NCBI GenBank assembly: GCA_024405635.1
Contig: JAKSOL010000003.1
Coordinates: 1 to 64,000, forward strand
From: Salinivirgaceae bacterium
GTDB taxonomy: Bacteria; Bacteroidota; Bacteroidia; Bacteroidales; SZUA-534
Reading direction: 5' to 3'
Length of the DNA: 64,000 nucleotides
Made by a program: the position numbers and the translations under genes. Of this stretch, positions 58,986-64,000 are shown piece after piece; within the stretch, counting starts at the first letter, position 1; each line of letters starts with the position of its first letter. The notes beneath the pieces were generated by a model. It was given only the letters and a program-made list of their open reading frames with translations, did not search any database and was not told where the DNA came from.

Positions 58986-59250
58986 AGAACTGTTAACCAA
59001 CTATCTTATTACACTTACCACCGATAACGACAACGACAACATGACAGTGGAAGTTGAGGTTGACGACTTGTATGCAAACGACAATTTGCACTTGCAACAA
59101 CTAACAAAAGAAATAATCCGCCAGCTAAAAGATGAAATATTGCTTACGCCTATCGTGAAACTTGTAGCTCGCGGTACCTTGCCACAAACCGAAGGCAAAG
59201 CAGTGCGCGTAAACGACTTGCGAAAAGTGTATAATTAAATACGCGAGTGC
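58986..59250 (+). pseudogene. Duplicated 3' end of paaK (265-bp direct repeat, right copy)
   Basis: Encodes the same C-terminal residues with TDG>TEG and VYS>VYN. Confidence 0.93.
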
Positions 59251-59334
59251 AGGTTAGTTTAATATTGCCCAAATTGTGGTGTGCCGCCGAATTTGATTTC
59301 GGCCTGTGCCCAACGCGCAACTTTTGTTTTAAAG

Positions 59335-61530
59335 TTATTGTCTTTGCAGTCCGTTTCTAATAAAACGTTCTTTGTTACCAGCAAAGAGCACTCGGTACGA
59401 GTCGGTGTTTACAATTTCAAGTATTTCGCCATTGCCAAAATACGCATGCCAAACTTTGTCGCCAACCTCAAAACCATCGCTTGCGGGGGCAACGTTGTTA
59501 AATCCAGCAGCCACAAGGTTGAGTGTGCTTTGCCACAATGATTGGTCCATTTTTCCTTCGGTAACAAACAACTCGCGGTTTATTTCGGTTAAGAATCGCG
59601 AAGGGTATTTTTTCGATTTGTTGCTCAAGTTATATCCTTCCGATTCGGTTAAGAATAGGCATTTTTCGGCACGAGTAACCGCTACAAACATCAGTCGGCG
59701 TTCCTCTTCAAGTCCAGCTTGCTTGCGCTCTTGCACCGATTTTAGGCTTGGAAACATGCCCTCGCTCAATCCAACTACAAACACAAACGGAAACTCAAGT
59801 CCTTTTGATTGGTGAATGGTCATTAGTTTGATGCAGCTTTGATTGGCTGTGCTTCGGTCGAGGTTGGTGTAAAGGGCAATGTCTTGCAGGTACGAGTTCA
59901 GCGTCACGTCGTCTTCTTTGTGGTCTTGCTCGTAAAGTTTAATTGACGACATCAGCTCCTCAAGGTTTTCAAGGCGTTCGTCGTCTTTGTCTTCGCGCAA
60001 CATTTGCTTGTAGCCTGTGTTTAGCAAAATGTGATCTAAAAGGTCAGATATGCTCAATTTGCTTGCAAGTGCCTGATATTCTTCAATTTTGTTTACAAAA
60101 TCGATGGCGTTTATTTTGCAAAGTTCATCGGTTTCAAGGTTGTTTTTCAAGGCCTGAAAGTACGAGCAGTTGTCTCGTTCGGCAATGGCTTTTACTTTGG
60201 CTACAAACACTTTGCCCAGCTTTCGCGATGGTAGGTTTATTACACGCAGAAACGACAAGTCGTCTTCGGTGGCAACCAAACGCAAGTAGCTTAGTGCGTC
60301 TTTAATTTCTTTGCGGTCAAAGAAACGGGTTCCGCCCCAAATAATGTATGGCAGCTGCAGTTTCATTAGTTCTTGCTCAACACTGCGCGACATGTAGCTT
60401 GCGCGGTATAAAATGGCAAAATCCGATGGCTTGGCATTTGCCTTTTCGATGCCTGCTTTTATTTGGTTTACAACCCATTGCGCTTCGTCAACTTCGCTGT
60501 CGCCGTGGTAGTGAACAATGTCGTACGATTGCGATTTGTTGTGGGCAAACAGGTCCTTTTTTATTCGGTTTTGGTTGTGGCAAATAAGCGAGTTGGCAAT
60601 GTTTAAAATATCTTGGGTCGATCGGTAGTTCTCTTCGAGTTTTAGGTCTAAATCGTAGTTAAAATTTAGAAATAACTCGGGTTTTGAGCCGCGCCATTCG
60701 TAAATGGCTTGGTCGGGGTCGCCAACTACAAAAATGTTGTTGTGTTTTTTGCCTATGGTTTCAATCAAATCCCAGTTGCAGCCATTGCAGTCTTGGGCCT
60801 CGTCAACCATCATGTAGTTTATTTTGTCTTGCCAAAAATTGCACACATCGTTGTACTTGTGGAGCAGATAAAGGGCAAAATAGTCGATGTCGGTAAAGTC
60901 GAGAGCGAGCAGTTTTAGTTGCTTGTGCATGAAAAGGTAGTGAGGATCGGCCATTTCTTGCTCGTTGAGCTCGCAGTTGGGCAGCATGTAACGCTCAATG
61001 TAGGCGCAGTTGTCCATCGATTTTAACACTTCCATTTCGTCAAGAAAATTGCGAATGCTCACTTTGTCTTTTTTGCGGCCACATTGCTCAAGAACTTCTT
61101 TTGCTAAAGCTTTTTGGTCTTCGTCGTCAAGAATGGTGAACGATTTTGGGTATCCCATGCGGAAAATATCTTGACGCAAAATTTTGACACAAAGGCTCGA
61201 TAGTGTGCAAATCATGTCGTTTAGGTGACCTGAGTTTACGTACCGAGCAATTCGCGACCTCATTTCTTGCGCAGCTTTGTTGGTAAAGGTAACGCACAAA
61301 ATGTTGGCGGCATCAATGCCAACGGTGTTTACCAAAAAGGCAAACCTTGAAGCTAGTGTTTTTGTTTTTCCCGAACCTGCACCGGCGGCAACTCTAATTC
61401 GGCCATCAATAGCGGTAACTGCCTCGCGCTGGCTAGGGTTGAGGCCTGCAAATGGGTCGTTGTTAATGCTTAGTGTGTGCGGCTTGTTGCTGCTATTTAT
61501 TTGTGGTATGTGCAGTTTGTTTGTGTCCAT
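59335..61530 (-). CDS. UvrD/PcrA-type SF1 DNA helicase
   Basis: AGAGSGKT, TFTNKAA, DEAQD, GDPDQAIY, NYRS, TIHQSKGLEF, VAVTRA. Confidence 0.93.
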   Translation of the reverse strand: MDTNKLHIPQINSSNKPHTLSINNDPFAGLNPSQREAVTAIDGRIRVAAGAGSGKTKTLASRFAFLVNTVGIDAANILCVTFTNKAAQEMRSRIARYVNSGHLNDMICTLSSLCVKILRQDIFRMGYPKSFTILDDEDQKALAKEVLEQCGRKKDKVSIRNFLDEMEVLKSMDNCAYIERYMLPNCELNEQEMADPHYLFMHKQLKLLALDFTDIDYFALYLLHKYNDVCNFWQDKINYMMVDEAQDCNGCNWDLIETIGKKHNNIFVVGDPDQAIYEWRGSKPELFLNFNYDLDLKLEENYRSTQDILNIANSLICHNQNRIKKDLFAHNKSQSYDIVHYHGDSEVDEAQWVVNQIKAGIEKANAKPSDFAILYRASYMSRSVEQELMKLQLPYIIWGGTRFFDRKEIKDALSYLRLVATEDDLSFLRVINLPSRKLGKVFVAKVKAIAERDNCSYFQALKNNLETDELCKINAIDFVNKIEEYQALASKLSISDLLDHILLNTGYKQMLREDKDDERLENLEELMSSIKLYEQDHKEDDVTLNSYLQDIALYTNLDRSTANQSCIKLMTIHQSKGLEFPFVFVVGLSEGMFPSLKSVQERKQAGLEEERRLMFVAVTRAEKCLFLTESEGYNLSNKSKKYPSRFLTEINRELFVTEGKMDQSLWQSTLNLVAAGFNNVAPASDGFEVGDKVWHAYFGNGEILEIVNTDSYRVLFAGNKERFIRNGLQRQ

Positions 61531-61570
61531 CGGGTAGGGGTTTGGTATCGGCAAAAATAGGATATTACTT

Positions 61571-61937
61571 TAACGTGAGTTCGACGAAATTAGAATAACG
61601 TCAATTGCTTGTCATCGTCACTGTAGCAATACTCCATTCTGAAAGATTGCATTTATCACTATTATCATCATGACTTCTGGTATTGAAAGAATTGGCGCTA
61701 TATTCTTATATTTTCATTTGCTCGAAACCGTTTCAAGACTTCTTTTCTGTAGTTCAAAGACAAAAAGCTTATAAATTCATATAGTTCAAAGAAAATTTCT
61801 GCAATTTGGCACTCAGTAATCATAGCGAGAATTGTTTTGTTATTTTAGTGGGACACTAAAACACACTATATCTTTCGCTATTTTACTAATAATCAGGTGA
61901 TTAAATTAAAAAAAACAAGTTTATCGAACTTACGTTA
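61571..61937 (-). mobile_element. Internally deleted IS982-like element (MITE-sized)
   Basis: Terminal IRs TAACGTGAGTTCGA / TCGAACTTACGTTA (13/14); the minus strand keeps remnants MITECQIAEIFF..., LSIPEVMMIIV and DDKQLTLF*. Confidence 0.72.
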
Positions 61938-61943
61938 AAATAT

Positions 61944-62255
61944 ATGGCTTCCACTGCTGAATACATAGAATTTGTCTGTTCTCAACTTGAGGGTGTTGGT
62001 GTCATTCGTTCGCGTAAGATGTTTGGTGACTATTGCATCTACGTAAATGAGAAGCCTATAATCTTGGCTTGCGATAATCAATGCTATGTAAAGAAGCATC
62101 CTGCTATTGCCGACATGATGGTTGATGCTCTGTGTGGCTTTCCTTATGATGGTGCAAAGGAACATTATATTCTAGACATCGAGCATCGTCGTGAGGCTCA
62201 GGCTGTTGTGTCTGCTCTATTGCCCGTAACACCTTATCCTAAGAAAAGAAAGTAA
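61944..62255 (+). CDS. TfoX/Sxy N-terminal domain protein
   Basis: EYIEFVCSQL..RKMFGDYCIY..CDNQCYVK, PYDGAK. Confidence 0.85.
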   Translation: MASTAEYIEFVCSQLEGVGVIRSRKMFGDYCIYVNEKPIILACDNQCYVKKHPAIADMMVDALCGFPYDGAKEHYILDIEHRREAQAVVSALLPVTPYPKKRK

Positions 62256-62295
62256 GTGTAAGGTTTACATCTAATGACAATTATTGATAATATAC

Positions 62296-63315
62296 ATGAA
62301 TAGAGAACATTATATTGATAATCTGAAAGTTTGGCTTACAGTCCTTGTAATTTTTCATCATGCCGGACAAGCGTATGGTTATGGCGGAGGTTGGGCTTAT
62401 AAACCTTCCAATCCAGACGAGTTCATGCCTTGGATTTGGCATTTTTTCTCAGTAAACGCAGCTTTTTTTATGGGGTTGTATTTTCTCATCTCTGGTTATT
62501 TCGTTCCCACGAGTTATGATAGGCAAGGTCTTGCAACTTTCATCCGCAAGAAACTGATTCGTCTTGGTATCCCGTTGCTTGTCATGGGCGGCACGATATG
62601 TGCGATTACTCAGTCGGTAGAGATAGCCCACATGTGGTTTGTTGAGAGTCTTCTTGTGTTTTGTCTCGTCTATGCTTTGATGCGTTTGTTCTGCAAACCA
62701 ATATCGGGAGATTGTGATTCAAAGCCAACTATTATAGGTATGACGATAGTGGCCGTTGTTATGGGGGTTGGCAGTTATTTCATTCGTCAGCTCAGTCCTC
62801 AAGACCATTGGATATGGCCATTGGGAGTCATTCCTTTGCCAATGGAACCAGCACATTATCTTCAGTATGTTATGATGTTCATTTTGGGTGTTCTTGCAAG
62901 AAGGTTTGACTGGCTTAGCAAGATGACAGACAAGGTTGGAGCTGCATCGATGGTTGTTGGAGCCTTGTTGGCTATTGGCATCTACATGCGTAATGGTGGA
63001 TGGTGGGATAACTTTGTGTGGAAATGGTTCGGCATCTATGAGTCTTTCCTTTGCATATTCATCAGTTTCGGATTGCTGTGGCTTTTTCGCAAGTATTTCA
63101 ATCATACGTCAGATTTTATGCAGTGGTGTGCAGCTCAGTCCTATGGCGCCTATGTAGTTCATCTTCTTCTGATGCTTGGTCTCCAGTTTGCATTTGACGG
63201 TGTTTGGATGGGTGCTTTCGGCAAGTTCATGTTTATTGCCATTTTTAGCACCATATTGTCATACCTACTCACATGGGTCTTGCGACTCATTCCTGGTGTG
63301 AAAAAAATATTGTAA
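62296..63315 (+). CDS. Acyltransferase family 3 (MdoC-like) membrane protein
   Basis: REHYIDNLK, FFMGLYFLISGYF, HMWFV, SYGAYVVH. Confidence 0.88.
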   Translation: MNREHYIDNLKVWLTVLVIFHHAGQAYGYGGGWAYKPSNPDEFMPWIWHFFSVNAAFFMGLYFLISGYFVPTSYDRQGLATFIRKKLIRLGIPLLVMGGTICAITQSVEIAHMWFVESLLVFCLVYALMRLFCKPISGDCDSKPTIIGMTIVAVVMGVGSYFIRQLSPQDHWIWPLGVIPLPMEPAHYLQYVMMFILGVLARRFDWLSKMTDKVGAASMVVGALLAIGIYMRNGGWWDNFVWKWFGIYESFLCIFISFGLLWLFRKYFNHTSDFMQWCAAQSYGAYVVHLLLMLGLQFAFDGVWMGAFGKFMFIAIFSTILSYLLTWVLRLIPGVKKIL

Positions 63316-63630
63316 AAAATGAAGTTGTGAGAGTTCGCGATAATTGATGCTCCTGTCATTCTTGGTTGAATTAAAAGCAGTTCTACGAGAATAATGTATT
63401 TATTCTCACCATTTCACAACTTATGCTATCAAAGCATAATGTATGTCGATGAATAGGTTTATTTGGCAGAATGCTAAGCTGTTTGAATTGCATTGGGATT
63501 CAAATCAGTTGTTACCACTTATTTCTGACGTACGAAATATGGAAGACTGCAGTTTTTTTGTTTTTTCTTACAAAACAAAAAAAGCCCAGACAATAATGCC
63601 TAGGCCTTAAAAGAGTATTGTAAAAGGTTG

Positions 63631-63879
63631 TTAGTTCAGCATCAAGTGGCGGTTAACCAAATCAACTGTGTTTCCAACAGTTACAAGGTTTACTGCTTCC
63701 TCGTCGTTAATTTGAATGTTAAAACGCTCTTCAATAAAGAATAAAAAGCAGTTCCAATCATCCTCGTCAAAAAACAAGTCTTTTGTAAACGAAGCTTCAG
63801 AATAAATGTTTTGGCGGTTAACGCCCAAACGGCGCAATGTTCTGTAAACGCCCAATTCTATTGTCTTTGCCATTTCCAT
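63631..63879 (-). CDS. Acyl-carrier-protein-like protein lacking the phosphopantetheine serine
   Basis: ASFTKDLFFDEDD..IEERFNIQINDEEA..LVTVGNTVDLV aligns by eye with ACP; DSLD reads DEDD. Confidence 0.75.
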   Translation of the reverse strand: MEMAKTIELGVYRTLRRLGVNRQNIYSEASFTKDLFFDEDDWNCFLFFIEERFNIQINDEEAVNLVTVGNTVDLVNRHLMLN

Positions 63880-63903
63880 AATCGTGTTCCTTAAAACACC
63901 TAT

Positions 63904-63934
63904 ATGACAAACAAGTGCCACATAACCCTACCTT
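63904..63934 (-). promoter_or_regulatory. Candidate alternative-sigma (ECF-like) promoter AAGGTAGGGTT-N9-TTGTTTGTCAT
   Basis: 20/22 box positions and the spacing match 23120-23150. Confidence 0.55.
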
Positions 63935-64000
63935 GTTTTTACTTTTTTTTTGAAAAAAATTATTTTTCAAAAGTAGGGTAGGGAAATGAGTTGATTTTCA

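Noticed and set aside
61533-61560. Third copy of the GTAGGG promoter motif
   Set aside because: There is no GTCA box at the expected 17-nt spacing.
63905-63920. Sigma-54 promoter (TGGCAC...TTG on the minus strand)
   Set aside because: The spacing is one base off the -24/-12 consensus and GC is absent; the motif shared with 23120-23150 explains the site better.

Overview
Bacteroidales-type chromosomal window, judged from TAnnTTTG -7 promoters, A-rich translation starts and gene content. Most of it is housekeeping: leuC-leuD-cimA, rlmH, nadC, rlpA, NAD kinase, ligA, ung, glmM-ruvX-def, der-era, murB, paaK and a UvrD helicase. Five accessory blocks interrupt it. (1) A truncated BspA-type LRR gene with 69-bp repeats. 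(2) A tandem array of seven diverged small outer-membrane beta-barrel paralogs, one split by an in-frame TAG and two sharing a 76-bp 5' repeat. (3) An AT-rich island at about 30.6-36.9 kb with no integrase. It has a 55-bp palindromic repeat array directly upstream of an ATPase-wHTH-PD-(D/E)xK gene, a DUF3791/DUF3990 module bracketed by two copies of a pseudoknot-like element, a heavily structured intergenic region, and a TerB-like/membrane coiled-coil/vWA-lipoprotein operon. (4) A 4.25-kb vitamin B6 island (ThiD-AraC fusion, pdxS, pdxT, frameshifted higB, higA) flanked by 265-bp direct repeats of the paaK 3' end. (5) An internally deleted IS982-like element. Four genes appear to lack their catalytic residues: the M16 peptidase, the hybrid kinase, the ThiD domain and the ACP-like protein. 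No rRNA, tRNA or canonical CRISPR-Cas was seen. All family calls come from motif recognition by eye; no searches were run.
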